Source: Escherichia phage slur14. Taken from it: a stretch of 64,000 nt of DNA. The stretch lies in sequence record NC_028448.1, one strand, 5' to 3'. How positions within the stretch are numbered: position 1 is the first letter of the stretch; every line of letters begins with the position of its first letter. The position numbers and the translations under genes are program-made. Positions 28,284 to 39,361 of the stretch are shown here, one piece after another. Under the pieces are notes generated by a model, which was given only the letters and a program-made list of their open reading frames with translations, made no database searches and had not been told where the DNA came from.

Positions 28284-28798
28284 TAACCTCGGTCTTGACG
28301 AGCGAAGTTTTCAGCATTTTTCAGATAATAAAGTTTAAAGATTTCTTCAGCCGACATTCCAAGAGCAATAAATTTATTCATGAAAAAGTGAAATTGATCA
28401 ATCAGTTCAAATTTAATTTCAAGCTGATCTTCGGGAGATAAATCTTGAATTTTCTTGGATTGCATTTCAGAATAACGTTTCTTCCAAGGTTTCCATACAG
28501 CAGAAGCTTCTTTTTCACCATTACTCATACCACCAAGAGAAGTATATAGCTCGCGAGTTTCATCTGCGATATAATCGTCTTGGTTTCGCAACCAAGCAAG
28601 AACTTCTCCTGCAGTTTCAAGTGAATCAGGATGACGATTTGTTTCTGGCTTATCATTAGCCAAACGAATCTGTAAATGCCGCTGCATGTCAAGCATAACC
28701 TGCAATGGGTCAATACTGTGCATAATATACTCAGCATATGCACGATTTGCTTTATCAACACCTTCGATCAAATGAGCACATTCATTAAAGTGAGCCAT
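28280..28798 (-). CDS. 56: dCTPase/dUTPase gp56
   Basis: About 172 aa from the ATG with an AAAGGAAAAA RBS; the track start codon is not ATG in my reading. Confidence 0.8.
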   Translation of the reverse strand: MAHFNECAHLIEGVDKANRAYAEYIMHSIDPLQVMLDMQRHLQIRLANDKPETNRHPDSLETAGEVLAWLRNQDDYIADETRELYTSLGGMSNGEKEASAVWKPWKKRYSEMQSKKIQDLSPEDQLEIKFELIDQFHFFMNKFIALGMSAEEIFKLYYLKNAENFARQDRGY

Positions 28799-28858
28799 TA
28801 TTTTTCCTTTCAATTCATTAATAAGTTAAATAATTATATCATTTGAGTATGTAAGCAA

Positions 28859-30198
<1,340 letters not shown>

Positions 30199-30223
30199 TA
30201 TATCATCCTCAGCAATTTATTTT

Positions 30224-30252
30224 ATAATACCATAACAAGCTGAGAAAGTAAA
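30224..30252 (-). promoter_or_regulatory. Early promoter (TTTACT-N17-TATTAT)
   Basis: GTTTACTTTCTCAGCTTGTTATGGTATTAT on the minus strand. Confidence 0.55.
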
Positions 30253-30297
30253 CAAATTTATGAAATTTGTGATAAATATTAATTTAAAGGAGGACAT

Positions 30298-30498
30298 ATG
30301 GTACAAAAATTAATGGCACTTGTTAATGCCATAAAAGGTAATAAAAAACGTATAGCTTTTACTATTTCTGCTATGGTAGGAATTTTACTCTGGAACTTTA
30401 TTTTATCACCAATTGCAATTGCGCATGGTGTTAATATTCCAGTAGTTACTCTTGATACATTCGTAGATCTAGCATTTGCTTTAGTTGGGTTAATTTAA
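30298..30498 (+). CDS. Small two-TM membrane protein (66 aa), encoded on the opposite strand to the flanking genes
   Basis: AAGGAGG RBS 4 nt before the ATG; hydrophobic; stop codon overlaps the primase stop codon on the other strand. Confidence 0.4.
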   Translation: MVQKLMALVNAIKGNKKRIAFTISAMVGILLWNFILSPIAIAHGVNIPVVTLDTFVDLAFALVGLI

Positions 30499-31523
30499 AT
30501 CTTGGCATATTTAGATAGCCGCATTTTAGCCATCAACCCCTGGGCAATATTATTTTTCATATATTCCATAATTTGTTCAGGGGTTGCACCTTCCTTTCTA
30601 ATCATATCATTAACATCTTTTGATTTCCAGGGAGATTTATCCCAAAACATAACCCTTTCTCCTGCATCAACTAATTTAGTCATTCGTTTAATAGTGTCAG
30701 GGTGACGAGGTTCATTATCTAAAACCCACACTCGTCTATCTTTAAATGGAACAACTTCTAGGTCTAATTGACCACCCGTAATAGCTATACCATTTTCAAT
30801 AAAAAGTGAATCTATAGGTCCTTCTAGAACATATACATCACCATCTTTAACTCGTTCGACTCCATAGATTTTTGTTGCTTCAGGATAAGCTTTGATGGTG
30901 ATATATTTTTGAGGAGCATCTTTCTTTAATGCACGTCCTTGAAACGACTCAGCTTTTCCATTAGCATTATAAATTGGAATAACAAGACGAGGCTCAGAAA
31001 TTTCCTTTTTATATGTTCCCGGTGCTATGCTATTAACCAATTTAGGCCATTCGGTTGTAAACCAAAGATATTTCCATTTATCCTTTGGAATACAACGAGC
31101 TTTTACATATTTTATAATTGGATGGTCTTCCGCCAGTTTATCTAATCTAACACATGACGGAAGAGATTTAATTATTTTCTTCTCAGGTTGTTTAGGAAGT
31201 TCTTTAGGTTTTTCTACTGGACGACTTTTACCTTTTTCTTTTCTTATTTCAAAGATATACTCACGATATAAATCAGGTTCAAACTCCTTTAAATATATTC
31301 CGATTGGTGCATGATAGTTACAGTTATAACAATGAATATTTCCTTCATTATTATCACCATAATACCATCCACGGGCTTTATTTTGGTCGGTTTTTGAATC
31401 TCCGCAAACAGGACATCTAAACCGTAATTTAAAAGTTGAACTATTATTTACTTGTGTGAATTTAGGTAAATGAGCTAATGCACGGTATGCAAACTCATTA
31501 TCAATCCAAGGTATTGATGACAT
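30495..31523 (-). CDS. 61: DNA primase gp61
   Basis: 342 aa; N-terminal zinc ribbon (CPVCGDS...CYNC) and Toprim region. Confidence 0.9.
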   Translation of the reverse strand: MSSIPWIDNEFAYRALAHLPKFTQVNNSSTFKLRFRCPVCGDSKTDQNKARGWYYGDNNEGNIHCYNCNYHAPIGIYLKEFEPDLYREYIFEIRKEKGKSRPVEKPKELPKQPEKKIIKSLPSCVRLDKLAEDHPIIKYVKARCIPKDKWKYLWFTTEWPKLVNSIAPGTYKKEISEPRLVIPIYNANGKAESFQGRALKKDAPQKYITIKAYPEATKIYGVERVKDGDVYVLEGPIDSLFIENGIAITGGQLDLEVVPFKDRRVWVLDNEPRHPDTIKRMTKLVDAGERVMFWDKSPWKSKDVNDMIRKEGATPEQIMEYMKNNIAQGLMAKMRLSKYAKI

Positions 31524-31526
31524 TTT

Positions 31527-31691
31527 TACTCTTCTTTTTCTTTAGATTCCTCTTTTTTCTTTTTAGGAATCTGTTCAGGACCTTTATTTACTACAGCACC
31601 TGATGTTGTTCCAGTAGAGATATTTTCAGGATTACCACCTGAATCTCCAGCAACCATATCTTCTTTAATAAATTCTTTATATGTTTTCATA
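31527..31691 (-). CDS. Small Lys/Glu-rich protein (about 54 aa)
   Basis: Hand translation MKTYKEFIKEDMVAGDSGG...KKKKEESKEKEE; below the track size cutoff. Confidence 0.4.
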
Positions 31692-32048
31692 TTAACCTCT
31701 ATTCATAAAAGCATTAAAAATTTGGTCATCAATAGATGGAATAGCAACCTTTTCGGCATCATTTAGCAAATCATTAATTTCATCAGATATCATAACACAT
31801 GTGCCTTTATTTCCTGTAATTGTTACTGCACAATTACGAACGTTTTCTTTATCAAATTTTAGGTTAATATTTTCGTAGTGAAAATCCTTTAATGCCGAAT
31901 ATATCTTTAAAATGAAATTGTCTTTTACTACAATAAACCCAACTTCACTATTAAAACGTGGTTCATGGAAACTGTAATAAACCTTTTCATCTATGAAATC
32001 GTATGAAATTTTTTCCATTTTTAAATATGAAAATTCAGAACTATACAT
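31692..32048 (-). CDS. Hypothetical protein (118 aa), paralogue of the C-terminal half of the adjacent 208-aa protein
   Basis: Shares VG.I.VKDN and an identical C-terminus SIDDQIFNAFMNR(G/D) with 32050..32676. Confidence 0.55.
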   Translation of the reverse strand: MYSSEFSYLKMEKISYDFIDEKVYYSFHEPRFNSEVGFIVVKDNFILKIYSALKDFHYENINLKFDKENVRNCAVTITGNKGTCVMISDEINDLLNDAEKVAIPSIDDQIFNAFMNRG

Positions 32049-32049
32049 A

Positions 32050-32676
32050 TTAATCTCTATTCATAAAAGCATTAAAAATTTGGTCATCAATAGAAACATT
32101 TACTTTAGACTGTTTTTCAGATGGCAATTCATATCCACATATTACAATTTTATGATCAATATCAAAATACACAGAAGCAATATGATTAATGATATTTTCA
32201 GTGAAGTCTAAATCGACATCAATATCTTTTTGACCAAAGCCCAAAGGATAAATAATGCGAGTAATTCGATTATCTTTAACAAAGATTCCACCGACATACT
32301 CTGTACTGCGTTTAAAGTCTACACGCCGACGAAATGAAAAATATTCAGGCTCTTTATGAGCTCGGCTCATAGGACACAACGAGTAACTAGAATAAGAGAT
32401 GTCAAATCCTACGCCTTCGATATGAGCCAAAGTGTCATGATTAAACCAATTATAATCGTACGCCAAATCCATTAGATTATAATATGTAAAAGGCACCGGA
32501 TTAACATCATTAGTCACAAGCATGTAATTAGCAACTGCTATAATTTCATTATTTTTAACGAATACAAACCGTGATTGATGCGAATGACCTGGACCCGCGT
32601 TTTCACGATTAATGATATAACACTGGGCACCTTTATATTTGTATGTATCTTTGCACTTGTGCATTTGATAGAGCAT
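32050..32676 (-). CDS. Hypothetical protein (208 aa; 61.2-like position)
   Basis: ORF in the primase-helicase interval. Confidence 0.5.
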   Translation of the reverse strand: MLYQMHKCKDTYKYKGAQCYIINRENAGPGHSHQSRFVFVKNNEIIAVANYMLVTNDVNPVPFTYYNLMDLAYDYNWFNHDTLAHIEGVGFDISYSSYSLCPMSRAHKEPEYFSFRRRVDFKRSTEYVGGIFVKDNRITRIIYPLGFGQKDIDVDLDFTENIINHIASVYFDIDHKIVICGYELPSEKQSKVNVSIDDQIFNAFMNRD

Positions 32677-32969
32677 TATTCACCTACCACTTCAGCGATG
32701 ATATTTTTATTATTAAAGTTTTTATCGCAATACAGAACATAATTATACTGCATTACACCACCAGACTTAAGCTGTTTTTGCACTTCAGCTTTCATTTCAG
32801 GACGATCGCGCTCAACGATATTCATAATATCTGCTTCAATTTGGGTTTCAACTTCAGTCTGATCAGCAGTCATAGACCATTCGCACAAATCTTTATCATA
32901 ACCTGCCATAGCAGGCTGAGCAGCACAAGAAGCTAAAGCAAAAATTGTAGCAAAGATAAATTTTTTCAT
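32676..32969 (-). CDS. sp: Periplasmic protein, Spackle-like
   Basis: 97 aa with a signal peptide (MKKFIFATIFALASCAAQPAMA); size and position fit T4 sp. Confidence 0.6.
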   Translation of the reverse strand: MKKFIFATIFALASCAAQPAMAGYDKDLCEWSMTADQTEVETQIEADIMNIVERDRPEMKAEVQKQLKSGGVMQYNYVLYCDKNFNNKNIIAEVVGE

Positions 32970-33027
32970 GATAATCTCCTCAGTAGTTTATGTTTATAGT
33001 ATCTCAATTTCCAACAAAAGTAAACAG

Positions 33028-33327
33028 CTATTTTAAAACTTTTGCATAATCACATGTTACAAACTGTTTCTCTAGCTTGACGATTTTACGAAAGTATCTT
33101 TTGCATTGGCGAATCTGCCGCTTCGTAGGGCGAACAGCAAACTTAATAAATTCCACTCGACCAAATGGAGGACTTTCTTCTGCTGGAATATCTAATACCA
33201 ATTCCCACGTATCTGCAATAAGTGCTTTGAATTGTGTATTTTTCCTGACGTTATACGGAGTAGGTTTAAATAAAACAATATGCATATTATCCTCGGCAAT
33301 CCACTTCACATACTTTCTTGTCATCAA
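33028..33327 (-). CDS. Hypothetical protein (99 aa; 61.4-like position)
   Basis: ORF; basic. Confidence 0.5.
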   Translation of the reverse strand: MMTRKYVKWIAEDNMHIVLFKPTPYNVRKNTQFKALIADTWELVLDIPAEESPPFGRVEFIKFAVRPTKRQIRQCKRYFRKIVKLEKQFVTCDYAKVLK

Positions 33328-33469
33328 TGAAAGCTTTAACTAATGCTTTATTAACTTCAGCATACTGAGTAGTAGCCCATTGAACGTCATCTTTCATCAT
33401 TGTGATTTCTTTAGTAAACATGCTTTCATTCTTAAACCACCCCATAAAAACTACCTTTACCAATTCCAT
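33287..33469 (-). CDS. dmd: Dmd-like protein (60 aa)
   Basis: 60 aa, the T4 Dmd size, at the 61.5 position next to gene 41. Confidence 0.6.
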   Translation of the reverse strand: MELVKVVFMGWFKNESMFTKEITMMKDDVQWATTQYAEVNKALVKAFIDDKKVCEVDCRG

Positions 33470-33497
33470 AACAATCTCCTCATTTAACCAACAAGAC

Positions 33498-33527
33498 TAC
33501 TATACCATAGTCTTGTCAGCTTGTAAA
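33498..33527 (-). promoter_or_regulatory. Early promoter (TTTACA-N18-TATAGT) with the -10 inside an inverted repeat
   Basis: GTTTACAAGCTGACAAGACTATGGTATAGTAGTCTTGT on the minus strand. Confidence 0.55.
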
Positions 33528-34955
33528 CTAAAATTTTAATTCATTCGCCAAAGCATCTAACTGAGCTCGAGTCGATTCGTTTCTTTGATAGCGATTCTGT
33601 TCAGCCTGAATCTGTTGTGAACCTGCTACTTCGTTCACTTCAGTTGGAGTAGAATCTTGTTCAATTTCTACCCATTTCTGATTTCCTTTTTGAACACCCA
33701 TCAAAAACTTATTCCATTTATTCTTATCACCATATCGTGATTTGATTTGCTTAATGAGTTGTTGTTCAGCAGCTGCTAACTCCTCGGTTTCAATGACCGC
33801 AAGCATAAAATCAGCTGTCGCTGGAAGACCAGCAGATTCTGCGATATCACTCATGTTAACATCGGAAGAGTCCCAAGCTTGTTTACCAACCTGTGCTGCA
33901 GTCCAAAGAACAGTTTCAGTTTCAACAGCCAGAGCACGCAATTCTTCTGCGATGGCTTTAACAGTTGTGTAACTATTTTCTGAATAAACTCTGATGCGGC
34001 AAGATTTACAAATACCTAGATAGTCGACAATAATGATTGTTGGAACAAAATTTTTCTTGAGCTTCAATTCATTCAAGAGAGACCTGAATGTGTTAGCATC
34101 TGCCCCACCAGTAGGATACTGTTTAACGATTAAACGACCGAGAGTAGATTTCTCACGCCATTTTTCCATTTTTCCTTTATACTCAGCGTAAGAAATATGC
34201 CCATCATCAATGTCATCAAGAGAAACATCAAGCATATTAGCATCAATACGCTTAGCACAGACTTCTTCTGCCATTTCCATGGAGATGTAAAGAACATTAT
34301 GTCCGAGCTGCAAATAATCTGCTGCCAATGAACACAATCCTAATGACTTACCAACGTTAACGCCAGCCATTAAAACGTTCAGTGTTCCAGTCTCAGCTCC
34401 GCCTTTAGTAATTTTGTTCAGAATTCTGAGTTTAAATGGAACCTTACGAGCTTTATTCATATAAGATAGCCAACGTGCTTCGTAGTCATCCATCCAATCA
34501 TGACCAACGTAACTATCAAATGAAATTGATAATGCTTGGCGCATGATGTCAGGAATAGCACCAACATCCGGCATTTTCTTATTTCGTTTTTCCGGAGGAA
34601 GTTCAGCATTAGTTTGAATTTCGATTATTTTAGACGTAGCATTAAACATCGCCCTTTGCTGAACATATTTTTCTGTTTCTTTTATTAACCAACTGTGGTC
34701 TTCCGGAGAATCAGCCAGTTTTGAAATAAGTGTTTTTACACCAGAATATTCTGTTTCAGTAAATGAACTATTTTCTAATGCAACATTTAACGCATTAATA
34801 GATGGAACGCTATGATACTCATTGACATGAGATTTAATTAATTTGAATGTATTTTTAGCTGGACCACTTTCAAAATATTCTGAATCCATATATGGCCAAA
34901 CTTTTGAAAAATAAGCTTGATCAAATATGAGATGAGAAAGAATAATTTCTACCAC
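33528..34955 (-). CDS. 41: Replicative DNA helicase gp41
   Basis: 475 aa; DnaB-family Walker A (GVNVGKS). Confidence 0.95.
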   Translation of the reverse strand: MVEIILSHLIFDQAYFSKVWPYMDSEYFESGPAKNTFKLIKSHVNEYHSVPSINALNVALENSSFTETEYSGVKTLISKLADSPEDHSWLIKETEKYVQQRAMFNATSKIIEIQTNAELPPEKRNKKMPDVGAIPDIMRQALSISFDSYVGHDWMDDYEARWLSYMNKARKVPFKLRILNKITKGGAETGTLNVLMAGVNVGKSLGLCSLAADYLQLGHNVLYISMEMAEEVCAKRIDANMLDVSLDDIDDGHISYAEYKGKMEKWREKSTLGRLIVKQYPTGGADANTFRSLLNELKLKKNFVPTIIIVDYLGICKSCRIRVYSENSYTTVKAIAEELRALAVETETVLWTAAQVGKQAWDSSDVNMSDIAESAGLPATADFMLAVIETEELAAAEQQLIKQIKSRYGDKNKWNKFLMGVQKGNQKWVEIEQDSTPTEVNEVAGSQQIQAEQNRYQRNESTRAQLDALANELKF

Positions 34956-34964
34956 ACTTACTCC

Positions 34965-35309
34965 TTAAAAGAATTTAAATTTTTTCTTTGACCTTTTATT
35001 AAATGCATCTTGCAGTTGCATTGTAATACATTTTTCTACATGAGGAGCTAACTCAGCTTTTCTTTCTTGGTCAAGAACAGCAAAGTCCATTACAACCTTT
35101 CCATCAACCCAATCTAATTTTGTCACATACACAATGTGTGTAGAACCATCTTCTAGTTTAATGACAATCTCCTGGATAACATTTTCCATGGCAGATTTAA
35201 TTATCTTAAGAGATTCATTAAAAAGACGTTCTTTTCTTTCTTCTTCCCCCTCCGAAGAGGGGGATTCGTCGATAATTTCTAGATCTAAGTCTAAATCATC
35301 TTTATTCAT
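34965..35309 (-). CDS. 40: gp40-like protein (head assembly)
   Basis: About 114 aa from an internal ATG, between 41 and uvsX as in T4. Confidence 0.55.
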   Translation of the reverse strand: MNKDDLDLDLEIIDESPSSEGEEERKERLFNESLKIIKSAMENVIQEIVIKLEDGSTHIVYVTKLDWVDGKVVMDFAVLDQERKAELAPHVEKCITMQLQDAFNKRSKKKFKFF

Positions 35310-36483
35310 TAAATTCTTCCATATCACTTAACTGCTCGAGGTCAGTTTCTAAATCAGCTGCTGATTTACTTTTACTTTCTGGAGATTTAAATTTTTCAAC
35401 CTTTGAGTTAATCAATTCATCAACTTCAGCTTCAACAATTTCATTACTATCAATAGCACCTAACTGATAAGCACGTTTAATAGCATCTCGGAATGGTTGA
35501 TGCTTAAATAAAGGACCCCAGAATGTAGTGCAGTTGGTATCTTTTGCACGCCAAGATTTTTCTTCGCGAATCATCTCGCCGGTTTCTTCATCAAGAAATT
35601 CACGAGCATACCAGCCATTTTTAGGTTTTACCACGAATCCTAATTCTAGAGCCATATCTAACAATCCAGAATAAGGATCGATACCACCGTCAAATTTAAC
35701 ATCAATAAAGAATTTACTTTTTTCTTTAACGGTACGAGATTTTTCTACATTTAGAACAAATTGATACCCCTGAAGATCAGAACCATCTTTAATCTGACGC
35801 TTACCGATAATGAATACAGTATCAGCCGAATACATTACGCCTGTACCACCTGTCATCACGGTTTTACTAAACATTTCAATTGTTTCAATTGTATGGTTAA
35901 CCGCAACGCACGGAATATTTTTAATGCTAAAATAAGGAGTAACAATACGGAATAATGACTTCAGTGATTTAGCACGAGTCATATCTGCCACAGATTTTTC
36001 ATTCAAGGCATCTTCCGTTTCTTTCTTAGAAGCCATATTACCGATTGAGTCGATGAATACAATAACCTTTTCACCACGCTCAATAGCTTCAAGCTGGTTC
36101 ACCATATCAATTTTCAGTTGTTCAACTGACTGAATCGGCGTATGAATTACTCGTTCCGGGTCAACTCCCATGGATCGCAAATAAGCTGGAGTAATACCAA
36201 ATTCGCTATCATAGAATAGACAAACCGCGTCAGGATATTTGTTCAAATACGCCGCAACCATAGTCAAAGACATATTTGATTTAAAGTGTTTAGAAGGCCC
36301 TGCGAAAATAGTTAAACCAGACTGCATACCACCATCAATCGCACCAGAAATAGCAATATTAAGCATTGGAATTTTTGTACGAATTACATCCTTTTCATTA
36401 AAGAATTTAGATGTAGTCAGTTCAGCAGTCATTTTAGAAGTGGAAGCTTTAATCAAACGGGATTTTAAATCTGCAATAGACAT
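35302..36483 (-). CDS. uvsX: Recombinase UvsX (RecA family)
   Basis: 393 aa; RecA-like Walker A (GPSKHFKS). Confidence 0.95.
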   Translation of the reverse strand: MSIADLKSRLIKASTSKMTAELTTSKFFNEKDVIRTKIPMLNIAISGAIDGGMQSGLTIFAGPSKHFKSNMSLTMVAAYLNKYPDAVCLFYDSEFGITPAYLRSMGVDPERVIHTPIQSVEQLKIDMVNQLEAIERGEKVIVFIDSIGNMASKKETEDALNEKSVADMTRAKSLKSLFRIVTPYFSIKNIPCVAVNHTIETIEMFSKTVMTGGTGVMYSADTVFIIGKRQIKDGSDLQGYQFVLNVEKSRTVKEKSKFFIDVKFDGGIDPYSGLLDMALELGFVVKPKNGWYAREFLDEETGEMIREEKSWRAKDTNCTTFWGPLFKHQPFRDAIKRAYQLGAIDSNEIVEAEVDELINSKVEKFKSPESKSKSAADLETDLEQLSDMEEFNE

Positions 36484-36560
36484 TCATTTTTTCCATAGGC
36501 ATCATTATATTTTCCTCACTGGTTAAAGATAGAGTAATTATAACACAATAAATTTAGGCA

Positions 36561-37409
36561 TTAATCAACTGCTATTGGATGAATAGCATTAAACTTATGA
36601 AATGCTTCTGATTTTTCTTTACGAGAAACACACATGCGAAGAACCTTTAATGGCTCGTCTTCTTCACCCAACGATTTTCGTTTTTCAATATTAGAAGTTT
36701 TCCAACGAGCTTGCTCTGGAAACTCTCTATTGATTTGTTCAAGCGCTCTATTATGTTTAGAATTACTACGAATTGAACTGCACCCGCCGGGAGCGTGTGA
36801 TTTTCCAGATACAACTAGATATTTGAACAAGGCCAAATGCGGATAACCTTGATTAATTAAATTGAGAAATGCGTACATATCTTCACATAAATCAATTTTT
36901 CCATACCCAATTTGTTCTGTCGTAAGTTTTCCGAGGTCATACCATGTATTCGTGAATCCATATGAGTTTTCACGATAATTACCCCAAGATGAAGTAATTT
37001 TAAAAATTGGTAGACGAGCATGACCGTGATAATACCCGCAATCCATAGCATCCTCAACGTATTGAATTAATTCATAGAACTGTTCACGAGTTAATTGATT
37101 AATTTTATCTACGCGCCGTTTATCGTCTCTCTTTCGTATTGAACTCATACGAATAGTAGTATCATCATCAATCATCCAGATTCGTTGACCTGCATACATA
37201 TCAGTAATTGCTTTACGAGTACCGGCAATTCCATTAACATCATCAGGAATAGTTACAATTTTAGCTCTAGACCCATAAGCATCATAATAAGCTTTTTCTT
37301 CGTGTTCACGCACTACAATATGTGGTTCATAATCAGTCGGAAACATATCAAGGGCAGAAACTGCCCCTACGCGTTGATAGCTTGGAATTACGAATTGAAT
37401 CATTTCCAC
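36561..37409 (-). CDS. Glycosyltransferase (GT-A-like, DxD motif), in the T4 beta-gt position
   Basis: 282 aa with WMIDDDT; located between uvsX and gene 42. Confidence 0.55.
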   Translation of the reverse strand: MEMIQFVIPSYQRVGAVSALDMFPTDYEPHIVVREHEEKAYYDAYGSRAKIVTIPDDVNGIAGTRKAITDMYAGQRIWMIDDDTTIRMSSIRKRDDKRRVDKINQLTREQFYELIQYVEDAMDCGYYHGHARLPIFKITSSWGNYRENSYGFTNTWYDLGKLTTEQIGYGKIDLCEDMYAFLNLINQGYPHLALFKYLVVSGKSHAPGGCSSIRSNSKHNRALEQINREFPEQARWKTSNIEKRKSLGEEDEPLKVLRMCVSRKEKSEAFHKFNAIHPIAVD

Positions 37410-38140
37410 TCACCGTTATAATCTTTTTTCACAATATGAGTTTCGCCAGTATTCCACCAATGATCAACCAAGTAAAAATGACGAGAATATACATGAAGAC
37501 TTCCAACATTCCATATAATAGAACCTGCTTTATACTGACGAGTTGAATCGCCTGCATTCAAATCAGATACTAATTTATCTAATACGTATTTTTGCCATGC
37601 ATAATCATTACGGAATCCGAAGACCACGTCATTTGAGCGCATGCTTACTACTGCATTGACTTTCTTATCACGAATCAGGTACTGTACTGTATTCGTACAC
37701 ATGAAATCTGACATACCATCTTTATTGTAGTCAAATTGCATGGATGGACGAGTATAAATCATGATACCACGTCGAGAATCAGGATTTTGACCAAGTTCAG
37801 CTAAACACATATCATACTGAGCATAGTTATCTTCTGACCAGATAGCCCAACCATAATTCGAGTTAATTTCGCCTTTAGAAGATGCTACCTGCTGCCAAAT
37901 CTTCGGTGTTTCACCTGGAATATCTTTAACGAACAAGCTCTTAGATTTATACCATTCAAGTTCACGCTGAATGTATTCATCATTAAGAGCGCCAAAAATA
38001 AAAGGTTCATCTGCTACAAATGATGCACCAATAATTTCAATAGTTTTAACCCCGGTTTTATCAATTACGAAATCTTTTTCCTTTAATGCAAGACCCAAAT
38101 CAAGACGGATTTCTTCAACTGTCATATAATCGTTAATCAT
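37400..38140 (-). CDS. 42: dCMP hydroxymethylase gp42
   Basis: 246 aa; thymidylate-synthase-like. Confidence 0.95.
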   Translation of the reverse strand: MINDYMTVEEIRLDLGLALKEKDFVIDKTGVKTIEIIGASFVADEPFIFGALNDEYIQRELEWYKSKSLFVKDIPGETPKIWQQVASSKGEINSNYGWAIWSEDNYAQYDMCLAELGQNPDSRRGIMIYTRPSMQFDYNKDGMSDFMCTNTVQYLIRDKKVNAVVSMRSNDVVFGFRNDYAWQKYVLDKLVSDLNAGDSTRQYKAGSIIWNVGSLHVYSRHFYLVDHWWNTGETHIVKKDYNGEWK

Positions 38141-38293
38141 TTAAACCTCAATTGATGCATTCATATTTAATTTGTAACAGTAATAAACTCCAACCTAAAA
38201 TAATAGTTGGAATCATAAGAGGAACCGTTACACTATAGTATATACTTATTATAACCATCAAGATTAAAAGCAACACTGCTATAATTTTGCTTT

Positions 38294-38545
38294 TCATTCC
38301 TTCTCTCTGATGATAATTACCTGATTTGGCTGCGCAGACTTTTTAGTTTCACCTACAATTGACCAAATAAATGTAATAAACCAACCAATAATTGACCAGT
38401 TAAACAGTAAAGATGTGAAAAAGATTCCTACTGTCGATTTTGACCCACGCATCAAGGCGATAAACCATGGAAGCATGTATATAATAATAGCCAACACGCC
38501 TGATACTAAAACCATAAAAATTGAACCTGCTACTAAAGTTTCCAT
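38294..38545 (-). CDS. imm: Immunity protein Imm
   Basis: 83 aa with two TM segments. Confidence 0.9.
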   Translation of the reverse strand: METLVAGSIFMVLVSGVLAIIIYMLPWFIALMRGSKSTVGIFFTSLLFNWSIIGWFITFIWSIVGETKKSAQPNQVIIIREKE

Positions 38546-38552
38546 GTTTTCC

Positions 38553-38933
38553 TCACTTAGTCAAATTTTTTACGCATGAATTATAAGAATTCACTACATA
38601 CTCCATCGGAGCATTTTTACCAGTACGCCATTGGTAATTATTAGCCCAATTAGCCCAAATTTCGGCGCAGTAGTTTTCAATTTTTTCTTCGCGTGTAATT
38701 ACATCAGAATTACGATATGCTTGAGCAGATTCATCTGGACGAATAGCTTCGTCAAAATTCGCCTGCATTTGTTCGACTGTTTGCTTTGGAGCTTCTTTAT
38801 AACACTTGACATTAGGATTATAAAATTTGCTTGAACAGTTTACAATTTTTCCTGCATCAGACTGATTTACTACCGGTCCTTGAGCTACACAACCAGTAAG
38901 ACCTAATGCAATAACCAAAATAGCGATTTTCAT
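38553..38933 (-). CDS. Predicted lipoprotein (126 aa)
   Basis: Signal peptide with an LTGC lipobox. Confidence 0.55.
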   Translation of the reverse strand: MKIAILVIALGLTGCVAQGPVVNQSDAGKIVNCSSKFYNPNVKCYKEAPKQTVEQMQANFDEAIRPDESAQAYRNSDVITREEKIENYCAEIWANWANNYQWRTGKNAPMEYVVNSYNSCVKNLTK

Positions 38934-38943
38934 AATAATTTCC

Positions 38944-39180
38944 TCAAATACAAGTAGTAATTACTCCAGTAGTGCTTACACAGATATTACCTAATTGAAC
39001 ACCCAGCGTTCCATTAGTATTCACATGAAGATTATCATCAATTTTAACTGATATTTTACCATTAGTGTGAATAACGGTGCTAGATTCAATCACAGGTTGA
39101 GTATCATTTTCAACACTAACAAATGGAACTGCTGCTAATGCAACTAAACAAACTGCTAAGCATCCCATAACAATTTTCAT
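38944..39180 (-). CDS. Small secreted/membrane protein (about 78 aa)
   Basis: Starts at the internal MKIVMGCLAV... after a GGAG RBS. The track ORF is extended through the promoter. Confidence 0.5.
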   Translation of the reverse strand: MKIVMGCLAVCLVALAAVPFVSVENDTQPVIESSTVIHTNGKISVKIDDNLHVNTNGTLGVQLGNICVSTTGVITTCI

Positions 39181-39214
39181 TTTATTCTCCAAATCCGTAT
39201 TAGTTGATAATTGT

Positions 39215-39243
39215 ATAGTACCACAGAGGAACAGTCTTGTAAA
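39215..39243 (-). promoter_or_regulatory. Early promoter (conserved repeat copy)
   Basis: GTTTACAAGACTGTTCCTCTGTGGTACTATACAATTATCAACTAATACGGA on the minus strand. Confidence 0.7.
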
Positions 39244-39325
39244 CAGTTTTGTGAAAAAATTTTTAATGAATTTACAGGACCTAGAATCATCTATTTTTCC
39301 TAAGTATAGATTTATATTACTTGTA

Positions 39326-39348
39326 TGAAAAAGGGACCCGGAGGTCCC
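39326..39348 (-). terminator. Intrinsic terminator after gene 43 (GGGACC-UCCG-GGUCCC + U5)
   Basis: 6-bp GC stem followed by TTTTT on the minus strand. Confidence 0.7.
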
Positions 39349-39361
39349 TAGATTTATTCTA

